From the human T2T-CHM13v2.0 reference genome, Homo sapiens: 64,000 nt of DNA. The stretch lies in the NCBI RefSeq assembly GCF_009914755.1, contig NC_060925.1, one strand, 5' to 3'. Positions within the stretch are counted from its first letter, which is position 1. The number at the start of each line of letters is the position of its first letter. A model generated the notes under the pieces. It was not told the origin of the DNA, did no database searches, and saw only the letters and a program-made list of their open reading frames with translations. The position numbers and the translations under genes are program-made. Positions 26,745-44,370 of this stretch are shown here, one piece after another.

Positions 26745-27800
26745 TTATCTTTTGAAAGAACAATTTATTCCACATTTACAGAACTTAGACATTGTGCAAA
26801 CACTTTTAGAGCCTAGAGGAAGAAAGGTGAAAAAACAAAGTCCCTCCTCTCACACGCTCAGTCTGATGAGGAAGACAGATATATCGATGGATAAAAACAG
26901 TCAGACTTGTTAATTGTAATAATGGAGGATATACGTGATGGTATAGGGAGATAGTGATGAATTCTACCATTGCAGTAGATTCTACCTTTCTTGGCTCACC
27001 AAGATTATATGTAAACCAGTTCTTAATGGATGACTATTAATTTGTGAGCTGACTGTGCTTAAGAAAACATTTGAAGCAATGGGAATATGGGAACAAAGAC
27101 ATGGAGGTTTCAAGTGAGAGTACCTAGCACATGCAGGAAACAGCAATGCCTTGGCTTAGCTTGCAAACAGGAGGCAGAGTGCGCAGAGAGGCAGGAAATG
27201 AGACTGGGAGGAAACTCAAAAGCCAGATGGGGTAAAGCCTCAGATACTATACTAGAGAGTTTGGACTTTACCTTCTAGGACATCAAGGAGATTTTGAAAG
27301 ACTTTAACAATAATAATATCAACAGATTATGGTGGCAGTACGTGTAGGGTGGTTGGAAGGGCAAGAGGTGGGAGCTAGGGAGACCATTTAAGAAGCTGAT
27401 GCAGAAGTCTAGGTGAGAGAGCATAGAGGCCTGTAATGGAAGAGTAACTTTATGGATGGAAAGGAGAAGACAGATTCCAGAGATAGGTACAAAGAGAAAC
27501 CATACAGCATGATCCCCCATTGCATGTAGGGACATGGAGGGGAGAGAGAGAGAACAAGAGAGTAAGAGCAAGAGTAAGAGAGATTGAGAGTGAGAGTGAG
27601 AGTGAGAGACAGGGACAGAGACAGAGAGAAGAGCCTCAGTTTTCAGGATTAGATAATTTATTGAATGATAATTCCAGTAACTGGGACTGGGAATGTAGGA
27701 AAAGGAGCAGGTTGGGAGGCCTGGACACATTGAACATGTTGAGATGAAAGTGCCTGATGGATATGCATGTAGAGCTGGCCCATAGCTCATGTATATTTAA

Positions 27801-28353
<553 letters not shown>

Positions 28354-29530
28354 TGAAGCCAACAACCACCAGTGTCATCAGGAAAAATGATTGTTTAGTT
28401 TTCTTATATCATAACTACATGTTTGTGACTGTGCATGGCACTTACTGTCCTCATCAGATGCTTAGGTTGAGAGATGAGCTTAGGGCATAGTATTCGGACC
28501 CATTTTTCAGTCTTTCATTATGAACTTTGGGTATGACTGAGTGATGGTGGGCCATTGATAAAACAATTAGTTTATTATTCACTAGCTGAATATTGTGCTC
28601 TAAGGAGCATAGACAGTAAATTAGAGGAAACTCTTATTTACTAGAGGAGTTAGTTGCTTCATTCACCTGGGGTCTCCGTGTTTGGCTTTATGACATTATC
28701 TTCTTGAATTAACTTGGGCAGCACGATGATCACACCTGAGAGAAGTAATAAGTATGTTGCATGATCAAATTAATATTCAAGAAAGCTCTTGTCAGGCAGT
28801 AATGTTAGACCAAACCTACCAAGTTGAAATTTGACTGGAATAAATGTACATTCCTGCCCTTGGTTTCTGAAATGTGACCTCATAAGTAAAAGCATAATGG
28901 AGTTAATAGTGTAATATGAGAGCCCCCAAAGCTAACCCCACTTCAGGCCCCATTACACTAACATCAGATGCAACCTAGGCAAGGGTTCTCTTATGTTCTG
29001 CTCTGGGAAGCATTTGAAGTATTTCAGTTGTGAGTACCACTCCAGCCAATGAGAGAACCAGATGGAGAGAAGGCCATGTGAGGAATGGGTTGAAGAATTG
29101 CCTGGTGACTAGCCAGTGGGGTTGGAGGTAAGCAGACGTCTGTGATGTCTTTATAAATACTGGAAGCACTGTCCCTTTTAAGGGGACTTAAGTGAATTCT
29201 GTCAAGCTTCAGAGGGCGTGATTTTTACATACATAAGATAAAGGAAGACAGTCACAGTAGGAAAAAAGAAATCTACCACTTCGCCTTCTTCATAAACGGA
29301 ATGGGCATACCTGAGTCAGTGAGCTCCCCACAGCTGGGAGTGTTTAAGCAGAACGATATTGAAAAAGAGAGTCCTGGAGAAGGACATGCAAATTGAATTG
29401 CATGACCCTAGAGGCTGTCATCATGCTGAGATTTGGCAACGTGAAATGATCCATTCGATTGCTTCATTTTCTGAACCTGAATGCAATTCTGGTTCATGTT
29501 TTGTTTTTTTATTTCTCTCTCTCCATATAG

Positions 29531-29613
29531 AGATAATTGGTTCTACAAATCTTATAATTCTGCTAGAGGATGAAGTCTTTGCCGATTTTTTCAACACATT
29601 TCTTTCCCTCCCG
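29531..29613 (+). CDS. RGSL1: RGSL1 coding exon 2 (EIIGSTNLIILLEDEVFADFFNTFLSLP)
   Basis: Polypyrimidine tract and TAG acceptor ending at 29530, donor GTAAGC at 29614; 83 nt; exons 1+2 total 96 nt, in frame. Confidence 0.92.
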
Positions 29614-30155
29614 GTAAGCATTCTCAGATTTAAATACAAATATTTCATCAGCAGCTGAATAGTGAATCTCACAGAGCTGAGTGACTTTTTTTGTTTGTTT
29701 GTTGTTATTTGGGGTTTTACTAAATGTCTTCTTAAATAAAAAAACTCTTTTAATTTGAGCAAATAAACATGAACCAGAACCACCTGTAAAATCTCCAAAA
29801 GCTTCCCATTGTTGATGTCATCAGATCCTAAATCCCCAGCCTCCTTACTTGCCTTTACCTGTCCAAAGTTACTTCTCATCATACCCTCTGCTGATCCCCA
29901 GTGCTCTGTTGACAGAGGTCTACCCTCACTGGGTACCCCTGGCATTCCCCCACCTCTGAACCTCTCCTTGGGCTGTGTCTGTTTTCTGCCAGGAATACCT
30001 TTCCCATAGTTCCACCTACGAAAATCTTAAATACTCTTCAAATCTCTGCTTAAATTCCATTCTCCTTAAGGAATTCCTAGGTCCTCAGCATTGGAACCTC
30101 CTGATGGGAACTTCTCTGCTTCTGAGCCCCTTGGCACTTTGCAACTCTCTTGAGT

Positions 30156-30158
<3 letters not shown>

Positions 30159-30198
<40 letters not shown>
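30159..30198. repeat. (TG)n microsatellite
   Basis: About 20 TG units. Confidence 0.95.
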
Positions 30199-30200
<2 letters not shown>

Positions 30201-31870
30201 CCCCCAGTAGATTATGAGACAGTGAATTTCTGCAGGACAAGGACTGAGGATTATTTATTCTGCTCTACTCCCTTTACCAGGTGTTTAGTGCATAGAAATT
30301 GTTGTTGACTGGAACAAACCTATCTATTTCCTTAATCTATGCAACTAAAACAAACCTCAAACATCAAAGTATTCTTAAACTCAAACCTGGACTTATCCTG
30401 AATCTTTTTTGGTTTAAATCCTTGGTGACATTTTAACACTGGTGCCTTATGAATTGTGACTCATCTTGATGCACCCTTTCCCATAAGATGGTATATACTA
30501 AAAGGCGAAATTTCAGTCAAGTGGGAGAAGCACCCTCTCTATCCCACACATGGTTATTGGGTGGTTACTTTGTGCCAGCCCCTGGGCTGGGCTTAGTATT
30601 GGGGATGCACATATTAATGACACCATCCCTGCATTCCTGTCCTCATGGAATTCCCAGTCTAGTGTGAGAGATATTTATTGAAGGTCTGGGTGACATGACA
30701 GAAGTTTTTAGGAGGCAGTGGGAGTACAGTACTCATGAGACAGAGAGATCATCCCTACCTGGAAAAGTCAGGAAAAGCTGACACAAGACAAATATTAAAA
30801 GACAAGGAGGTACTTGACAGGTAACTGGAAGCAGAAGGTGAGGAGGAAAGGGTGCATAAAGAAATAGGAGGAGGCGGGGCACGGTGGCTCATGCCTGTAA
30901 CCCCAGCAATTTGGGAGGCCAAGGTGGGGGGATCACCTGAATTTGGGAGTTTGAGACCAGCCTGGCCAACATGGTGAAATCCTGTCTCTACTAAAAATAC
31001 AAAAATTAGCCGGGCGTGGTGGCGGGAGCCTGTAGTGCCAGCTACTCAGGAGGCTGAGGCACGAGAATCACTTGAGCCCAGGAGGCGGAGGTTGCAGTGA
31101 GCCGAGATTGCACCACTGCACTCCAGCCTAAGTGACAGAGCGAGACTCCACCTCAAAAAGAAAGAAAAAAAAAAAGAATAAAAATAGGAGGAAAAGACTA
31201 GGGAGTGAATAGCAAGAAAAACAAAAGCATTATAGACAGAACAGAGAAAGTAAAGGCACCAAAGAACACAATCCTTTGACACTTTGGGGCAAATTGTAAG
31301 TAACTCAGGAAGGCTGAAGAACAGTTGTAAGGGTGAGATGCCACAAGAGATAAGCTGCACAGGCAGGCTGCGCCAAGCCCTGGAGATCAGGCAAACTATG
31401 CCTAGGAGTTTGGACATTACCCCAAGGTGTTAGAGAGCCATCGAAGGATTTGAAGTAAAGGAGTAACATGTTCAGACTTTCATCTGAGAAAACTACTCTG
31501 CAGAGGTCTGGCCAATGGGTGGGCAGGAGACCTTAATGGAGGAAGGGAAAGCGGTTAGGAGGTTGTTTCAATCATCTAGGTGGGAAGTAATGAGGGTCTA
31601 AAGGGAAAGGGGAGAGGAGGATGGGATAAGTAGAGGAGATTGTTAACAAAACAAAATATAGGACCATGTCACTGTTTAAGTGTTGGGCAAGGTGGTAACA
31701 GGAAGAAAGGAAGCAAGGGTAACAGGCTTGGGTGCTTGGATGGATGGTGGTGTCAGGCAACAGGATTAAAATGAGGATAAGGAAAAGGCCTCTCGGGGAG
31801 TGGGTCTTTTATGTGTTTCTCACTCTTACTATTGTCTCTGCCACTGTCTTAATGAAGGTTTCAGAAGTAA

Positions 31871-32083
<213 letters not shown>

Positions 32084-32577
32084 TGATCTCAAACTCCAGA
32101 CCTCAGATGATCCGCCTGCCTCGGCCTCCCAAAGTGCTGGGATTACAGGCGTAAGCCTCCACGCCTGGCCGAGAAGTAATCTTAAGACCCGTTAATCAGT
32201 CAATTCACCAACACAATTAAAACAATTCACAATAATGTTCTAGAAACAGAGAGTGATTGGGGAGGGGAGTTCCAGCCAAGAGTATAAGAAAGTCCTAGCC
32301 ACTTAGGCAGCTGTGGCCTATAAAGAGAGACAGCAGTAGTAGTTCATGTTGAATACTCCTTAAGTTTACAAATTTCTACCACTTAATTCCCATAGTCACC
32401 GTGTGAAGTAGGAAGTATTTTCCCTTTTTACCAACGGATCTCAGAAGTTAAATGATTTGCTGTAATCCCAGCACTTTGGGAGGGCGAGGCAGGCAGATCA
32501 CTTGAGGTCAAGAGTTCAAGACCATCCTGGCCAACATGATGAAACCCCATCTCTACTGAAAATATAAAAATTAGCTA

Positions 32578-32757
<180 letters not shown>

Positions 32758-33336
32758 CTAAGATCACACAGTGAATCTAGGGCGGTTCTAGGAGCTGACC
32801 AGGTCTGCTGGCTCCAGGCCTGATGTGTTTTCCACATTAGCCTGTGCCCTCTATGGTATAAATGTCGGGTAGTGAAACTGCTTCCAAACCCCACTCCCAC
32901 ATAATCTCATAACTTCACAGTCCTACTGCCACTCCTTAAAGGTAGCTTAACACCCCACTCAGTGTGTGTTGTGTTACACACTGAGTGCAGAGCAGAGAGA
33001 GATCCCTAAGGACTGAGTCTCCTTTACAGACTTACAATTGTAACATGCAGACAGCAACATCACCTTCCTTCAGCACCTCACAGCCAGTGACAAGGGACAA
33101 ATGGGATTGAGGGAAGAGGGCCATAGACTAACAAAAGTGTGAGGCTGTTCATCTAGGGGAGATGGTCAGACTGACATGATGTGCTGAGAGTTCAGCCAGT
33201 AATTGGAGCTTCAGCCCGTCTAGTTTTCTGCAAATACTTCTGGGACACTTTGAAGACATTTTGTTGCCCATGATGAGACTGCTTAAGTTTACATACCTGT
33301 AAACATAGAAGTCCTTTCCCATCCATTTCAAAGGGG

Positions 33337-33350
33337 GTTGCCTAGGTGAC
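33337..33350. promoter_or_regulatory. RFX X-box-like motif in RGSL1 intron 2
   Basis: GTTGCCTAGGTGAC, one mismatch from consensus, in sequence that is not an obvious repeat. Confidence 0.4.
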
Positions 33351-33891
33351 AGTCTCTTTTCCATGACAAAAGGGGATGGTATCCTAGAATTACATTATCA
33401 ATTTTGGACACTCTCAATGCCTCCCTGTGTAATTTGTATCCCCAGTCTCCACATCTTTAGTCCTCTCTATCTTCTCCAGTTTAGGTAAACCCAAAGCTAT
33501 TTTTCACTGGGAAAACATTTTAGACATTTGCTAAGTCCAGGGAGAAAAGTGAATACTGAGTACACAAAGTAAATATGTTCTAATATCATGGGCCTTGGCC
33601 TTTGCACACAAGCAAATAGCTCTCAGGTCGGCTCAGGCTCCACAGGAAAGATAGCTCCCAGGTTGGGGCGTGGTGGAGCCAAAAGATGAGTGAATCGTGC
33701 AATTCAGTCTGTTTAGAGCTTGTTTGCATGTGTGCAGGGCAAGTTGATGGAGTAGAATAAATTTAAGAATTAGTGTCCCTTGAAATAAAAGAGCCATGGA
33801 ACCTCCCTTCCTCTGTGGCTGTAGAGGGACTGTGTCATATACATGAAGAGAAGCTCTACTCCCTTGACTGTTTCCTAGCTTTGTTTTGCAG

Positions 33892-33966
33892 GTTTTTGGT
33901 CAGACACCATTTTATACTGTTGAAAATTCACAGTGGAGCTTGTGGCCAGAAATACCTTGTAACTTG
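33892..33966 (+). CDS. RGSL1: RGSL1 coding exon 3 (VFGQTPFYTVENSQWSLWPEIPCNL)
   Basis: TTTGTTTTGCAG acceptor, GTGAGT donor; 75 nt, phase 0-0, open frame. Confidence 0.9.
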
Positions 33967-35576
33967 GTGAGTAAAATTCTTCAGAGGTAGAGAGTTTAGG
34001 GTGGAGAATGAGGGAACTATAATTGTTTTTTGTTGTTAATTTGTTTTTGTTTTTGTTTTGGAGATGGGGTCTCATTCTGTCACCCAGGCTGCAGTGCGGT
34101 GATGCGATCTTAGCTCACTGCAACCTTTGCCTCCCTGGCTCAAGCAATCCTCCCACCTAAGCCTCCCAAATAGCTGGGACCACACAGGCACATGCCACTG
34201 TGCCTGGCTAATTTTTTGTATTTTTGGTAGAGACGGAGTTTCACCATGTTGCCCAGGCTGGTCTTGAGCTACTGAGCTCTAGCAATTCACCCGCCTCGGC
34301 CTCCCAAATTGCTGGGATTACAGGCCTGAGCCACCGTGCCTGGCCTGAGGGAACTACTTGAAATGTGAATTGGGAGAGGGAGAAAAAGAGGAGGTCCAGA
34401 GGGTAACTATAGGAGAAACTGTAAAGCAGGTGAGTAGAACAGACAGCATCAATCCAGGTCTACATTTCTCCTTTTTACATTTTTTACCTCTTATCCAAGC
34501 AATTGCTGGTGAATTATTTCCATTATATTCTAGCCCATAGTTAGCAAATGGGATTCTCACATCTACCGTGATAGGTTAGACACTTGGGAAACTGTCCTGA
34601 GAAGAACTTTAAGGGCACTTCTAAGCAAGAAAGAGTCTGGGAATTGACTGGCAATGTCTGCAATGGGTGTGGGATGGGAAGTGGCAGCCCATGGGCCACA
34701 TAATTATTGTCAGTATGCATTATCAGATATACATCAAGATAAGATGCTTCTCTGCAATTTCTAGTGACTACTCCACTATTCTCCAGAGGCATGTTTTTCT
34801 CCCAATTTTTTTCTTTATGCCCTTTTTCTTTTTTCTTATTTTTCCCCTTGTCCCCACTCCTGTTTTCCTTTTCCACTATGTAGACCTTAGACTTACCAAT
34901 GGCTTCCACATCCCCTACAAGGGGGCATGTAGAATCAGACAGACCACTCTAAACCCTGATAACAACAAGGTTTCGCTTTCCCTGAGTTCTGGAGAGTTGA
35001 GAAGAGACATTCTATTCTGAAGCTTATGTTTGATTTCCCAAGGATAACCCTGAAAGCTGAAAAAAATTACCTCCTTTCTCTGTGGCTTGATCCTTCAGAA
35101 TATATCCTGTATTCTAAATGATGCTATGTGTGAATTTTGTTTTTGTACATATAGTGCAATTGATAGGGGTTAGGAGCTTGTTAGAAATTATGAGTGTGTT
35201 TACAAAGAAGCAAGTTGAATAGAGTTATGATCTGACACCACAGACCCAAATCTTTTCTGCTTTTCTTCTGTCAAGCGAGACTTAGATTTTTTCTTTAACA
35301 ACTTCACTCAGGGATAAGAAAGAATTTTTTCATGAAAGATCAAGCTTTTTATTTTCTACAGATCCATTTACTTCTTTGCAAGTCTCTGCTCCTCTTTGAT
35401 ACTTCTTTTTCTTAAGTCCAGGTTCCAGGTTTATAGAAATTGTTTTTAATCAACACACCTATCCTTCTGGCCAGACACTGCAAGTGTGAGGTGATTAGTT
35501 GCCACTTACTAAGTTGTATTTTTTTAGCAGTTCGGTTTCACTTAGCATTTTTGTTTCTATTTTGCTTTGACTCTAG

Positions 35577-35706
35577 ATTGCCAAATACAAAGGGTTATTG
35601 ACCTGGTTGGAAAAATGCCGATTACCTTTCTTCTGTAAAACAAACTTGTGTTTCCATTACATTCTCTGTCAGGAGTTCATCAGTTTCATTAAGTCCCCAG
35701 AAGGAG
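35577..35706 (+). CDS. RGSL1: RGSL1 coding exon 4 (IAKYKGLLTWLEKCRLPFFCK...SPEG)
   Basis: T-rich tract and CTCTAG acceptor, GTAAGC donor at 35707; 130 nt, phase 0-1, open frame. Confidence 0.92.
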
Positions 35707-35733
35707 GTAAGCATTGGTGTGCATGCGTGTGTC

Positions 35734-35862
35734 TGTGTGTGTGTGTGTGTGTGTGTGTAGAAATATAGGAAGTCACACTTCATAATAATCTTATGCCTGT
35801 ATGTGTGTGTGTGTGTGTGTAGAAATATAGGAAGTCACACTTCATAATGATCTTATGCCTGT
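35734..35862. repeat. 62-bp tandem duplication containing (TG)n
   Basis: (TG)n-AGAAATATAGGAAGTCACACTTCATAAT(A/G)ATCTTATGCCTGT occurs twice (unique parts start at 35759 and 35821). Confidence 0.93.
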
Positions 35863-38584
35863 CAGTACTATAGTAAGGTACAAATACTGGCTGAATTTAT
35901 AGATATGTGCATATCCCAGCCCATGTTTTGGCAATAGGTAAACTCTTAGCCTGAAATATTGGTATCAAGAGAAATATGCAGGAATCTGATGGACTGGGCT
36001 GTTTATCTCACTGTAGCCAGAAATGAGAAAATTAATGGTGGCCGCAGAACATAGTAAAATTGCCTAATTTAGAACCAACAGATTTCACCACCTTCATTAC
36101 TACCAACTGGTTTAAGCCTCCAGAATTTCTTACCTAGTTAATGAAATCATCTCTTAATTTGTCTCTTTGCTTTTGCTCTTGCTCTCTTCCTCATAGAAGC
36201 CAGAGTGAGCCTCTTAAAAAGTAATTGGTGGTGGTGCTGGAGGGACTCCCAGGAAGATGATGAAATAGGAAGCACTAGGAATCTGTTTCCTCATCTAGAC
36301 AACAATTGTACTGGCAGAATCTGTATGATGTAAATATTTTGAAACTCTAGAGTCTATTGAAACTTGCAATGTTTGGGGGGAAACTTTAGACAGTAAATTG
36401 TAGTTGATCTCATTCAATTTCAGCTCTTTGCACAGTGGCAGCTACTTACCCTCAACCCCAGCCCCATGGCACACAGTTGTGCACATGTTCCTGGGGCAGC
36501 TTACAGGAGCCAGGGTGGGCAAAAAGAATCTTGTCTTCCAAATATTAAGGATCTGTGCTCCGATTGCTACTTCTGATCACAGAAGTACAGGCAAAGACGT
36601 GGGCACACATTGTTATACTTTCCCTTTGTTGTAAGCCCCTCTCCCTCTAGCTGAAGTGATTTTTAGGGGATTTACAGAGCTGACATCTTCCCCCTTCTTC
36701 ATTTTTCTCTTTTTTTTTTCTTTTTGGGAGGCAGATCTTAAGGATTAGGGCATTCAAAAACAACTGCATATATGGAGAAAATTAGAAAGTAACTGCCTAT
36801 GCTTAAAGAAAGTTGCAGGCTCAGAAAAGATATAGGGAGATAAATTTATGCCTCAGGCCAATTCTTGGCACAGAGATATCCTACAGTAATAATAATAATA
36901 ATAATAACAACTAACAAAATTAACAACAAAAACCCCCCCAGCAAACTCTGTGAAAAGGAGGGAATCTGATTTCCAGAGTTAACACATCATTAGGTTCAAA
37001 TATTCAGTTTTTAACAAAAAAAAATCAGAAGGCACACAAAGAGGAAAGTATGGTCAATTTAAAGAAAATAAAGATAAACCTAAAGAAGCTGTCCTTGAGA
37101 GAGCTCTGATGGCAGATCTACTAGATAAAGACTTTAAAACAACTGCCTTAAATATGGTCAAAGAACTAAAGGAAGATGTAGAGAAAGTCAAGAAAGTGAT
37201 AAATGAACAAAATGGAAATATTAATACAGAGAAAAACCTTAAAAAAACAAAAGTAATTCTGTAGCTGAAAAGCACAACTAAAATGAAAATTCTACTAGAA
37301 AGATTTAAAGGCAGATTAGAGCAGGCAAAAGAAAGAATCAGTAAACCAGAAGATAGGACAGTAGAAACTATTAAATCTGAGGGACAGAAAGAAAAAAGTT
37401 TAAAGAAAACTGAACAGAGACCCTTGATGGGACTTGTGGGGCACCATCAGGCAGGCCAACACACACATACATTATGGAAGTCTAGAAAAAGAGTAGAGAA
37501 AGAAAGGTGCAAAGAGAATATTTGAATATATAATGGCTAAAAACCTCTCAAACTTGATGGAAGACATGAATATAGACCTCAAAGAGCCCAATGAACTCCA
37601 AGTAAGATGAACTCAAAGAGATCCACACCAAGACATATTATACTCTTGAATGCCAAAGACAGAGAGAGAATGTTGAAAACAGTAAGAGAGAGAAATTATT
37701 CATCACTTTACAAAGGATATTCATAAGATTATAAGCAGATTTCTCATCAGAAACTGTGGAGTCCAGCAGGCAGTAGGTTGATATATTCAAAGTTCTAAAA
37801 GAAAAAAAAATAACCAAGAATCCTGTATTCAACAAAACTGTCCTTCTAAAGCAAGGATGAAATTAAGATATTCCCAGATAAACAAAAGTTGAGGGAGCTT
37901 TCCCGCAAGAAATGCTCAAGAGAGTCCTGCAGGGTGAAATGAAAGAACACTAGACAGTAACTTGAAGCCATATGTAGTAAAGATCTCAATAAAAATAAAT
38001 ATAATACTAACATCATAAAATCATAATAAAATAATATTTAAAAGCTATCATCATTGTAATGATTTATAACTGCCCTTTTTTGTTTTTTCAAGATTTAAGA
38101 GATTAATATATGTTTTAAAAGAATAACTACTCGTCTAAAAGATAGTATTAATGTAACTTTGGTTGGTAACTCCACATTAAATTTTGTTTTCCACATAATT
38201 TAAGATATTAATGCACATTAATTAATTATTAGTTTATATTTTGGGGAACACAATGTAATTTTGTGACATCAACAACCAAAAGAGGTGGAGTTAGAGCTGT
38301 CAAAGAAGCAAAGTTTTTGTCTGTGACTGAAATTAAGCTGATATAAATCAACTTAGAGTGTTATAAACTTACAATGTTAAATGTAATCTTCATGATAACT
38401 GCAAGGAAAATAGCTACAGAATTTACACAAAAGGAAATGACAAAGGAATTTAAATGTTTCACCAAAAAATCAATTAAACACAAAAGAAGACAATAATCCT
38501 GGTAACGCAGAACAAAAGAGCTATAAGGTGTATAGAAAGCAAATAACAGAATGACATGTTTCTTCTTAATAGTAAATTACTTCA

Positions 38585-40667
<2,083 letters not shown>

Positions 40668-40838
40668 AAGTGAAAGTGGGGACATTACTATCAATTCTAC
40701 AGAAATAAAAAGGATTATAGAAGAGTACTCTGAACAATTGTACACCAACAAATTTGGTAGCCTAGATGAGATAGAAGGATTCCTAGAAACACAAAATCTA
40801 CTAATGCTAAATCAAAAGATATAGAAAATCTGAGTAGA

Positions 40839-41194
40839 ATGGAATACTATGCAGCCATAAAAAAGGATGAGTTCATGTATTTGTAGGGACATGGATGAAG
40901 CTGGAAACCATCATTCTCAGCAAACTATCTCAAGGACAAAAAACCAAACACCGCATGTTCTCACTCATAGGTGGGAATTGAACAATGAGAACACTTGGAC
41001 ACAGGAAGGGGAACATCACACACCGGGGCCTATCATGGGGTGGGGGGAGGGGCAGAGATAGCATTAGGAGATATACCTAATGTAAATGACGAGTTAATGG
41101 GTGCAGCACACCAACATGGCACATGTATACATGTGTAACAAACCTGCACATTGTGCACATGTACCCTAGAACTTAAAATATAATAATAATAATA
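40839..41194 (+). mobile_element. 5'-truncated L1PA 3' fragment
   Basis: L1PA ORF2 end and 3'UTR; 14-bp TSD AAAATCTGAGTAGA at 40825-40838 and 41195-41208. Confidence 0.92.
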
Positions 41195-42522
41195 AAAATC
41201 TGAGTAGACCTATAACTAGCAAAGAGATTAAAACAGTAATCTACAATCTCCTGACAAAGAAAAGTCCTGGACCTGATGGTTTTACTGGTGACTTATACCC
41301 CAAACATTTAAAGAAGAATTAATACTAATTCTTCTTAAACTGTTCCAAAAGATTGAAGAGGCAGGATCACTTTCTCACTCCTTCTTTGAGGCCAGCATTA
41401 CCCTGATACTAAAGCCAAACAAGGCACTATAAGAAAAGAAAAGTATAGGCCAATATTCCTGATGAACATTGATGCAAAAGTCTGCAATGAAATACTAGCA
41501 AACCACATTCAACAGTATATTAAAAGGATTAAACACCATGACCAAAAGGGATATTTTTCCTGGAATGCAAGGACACCTCAATATACGAAAATGAATGAAT
41601 GTAATATACCACATTAACAGAATGAAAGAAGAAAACTACATAATCATCTCAATAGATGCAGAAAAAGCATTTGACAAAATACAACACCCTTTCATGAAAA
41701 AAAAATGTCCAACGAACTAGGATTAAGAAGAAACTATCTAAACATAATAAAAGCTACATATGAAAAACCCACAGTGAACATCATACTCAATGACAAAAAA
41801 CTGAAAGCTTTTCCTCTAAGATCAGGAATAGGAAATGCCTGATTTCACTAATTCTATTTCACACCATACTGGAAACTCTCACCAGAGCAATTCGGCCAAA
41901 AGAAGAAGGAAAAATAAGAGACATCTTAATTGGAAAGAAAGAGGTCAAATGATCTTCATTTGCAGATAATGTAGTATTTTGTAGAAAAATCCAAAGATTC
42001 CACACATAAAAAAACTGTTAGAACTAAGAAATGAATCCAGCAAAGTAGCTGGATACAAAGTCAAAAACAAAACAAAACAAAAAATCAGTTGCACTTCCAT
42101 ACGCTTACAATGAACAACCTGAAAGGAAAATTATGTGAACAATTTCATTAAATAATAGCATTAAAAAGAATAAAATACTTAGGAATTCACTTAAGGAGGT
42201 GAAAGACTTGCACAATAAAAACTACAAAACATTGCTGAAAGAAATTAAAGAAGACATAAACAAATGCCTCTGATGTTTATTTATGGACTGGAAAACTTAA
42301 TGTTGTTAACATGCCAATACAACCCAAAACAATGTACAGATTCATGCAATCTCTATCAAAATCTCAATGACATCTTTTGCAGAAATAGAAACGTCAATCC
42401 TAAAATTTCCAAGGAACTCCAAACAGCCATAACAATTTTGAAAAAATTTCAAAAAAGCTGCAGGACTCACCTTCTGATTTCAAAACTTACTACAAGTTTA
42501 CAGCAATCAACACAGTGTGGTG

Positions 42523-44370
<1,848 letters not shown>

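Noticed and set aside
29527-29532. AG-AG tandem acceptors at exon 2 (and exon 7, 49145-49148)
   Set aside because: A 2-nt shift would break the frame; not NAGNAG geometry and no evidence of use.
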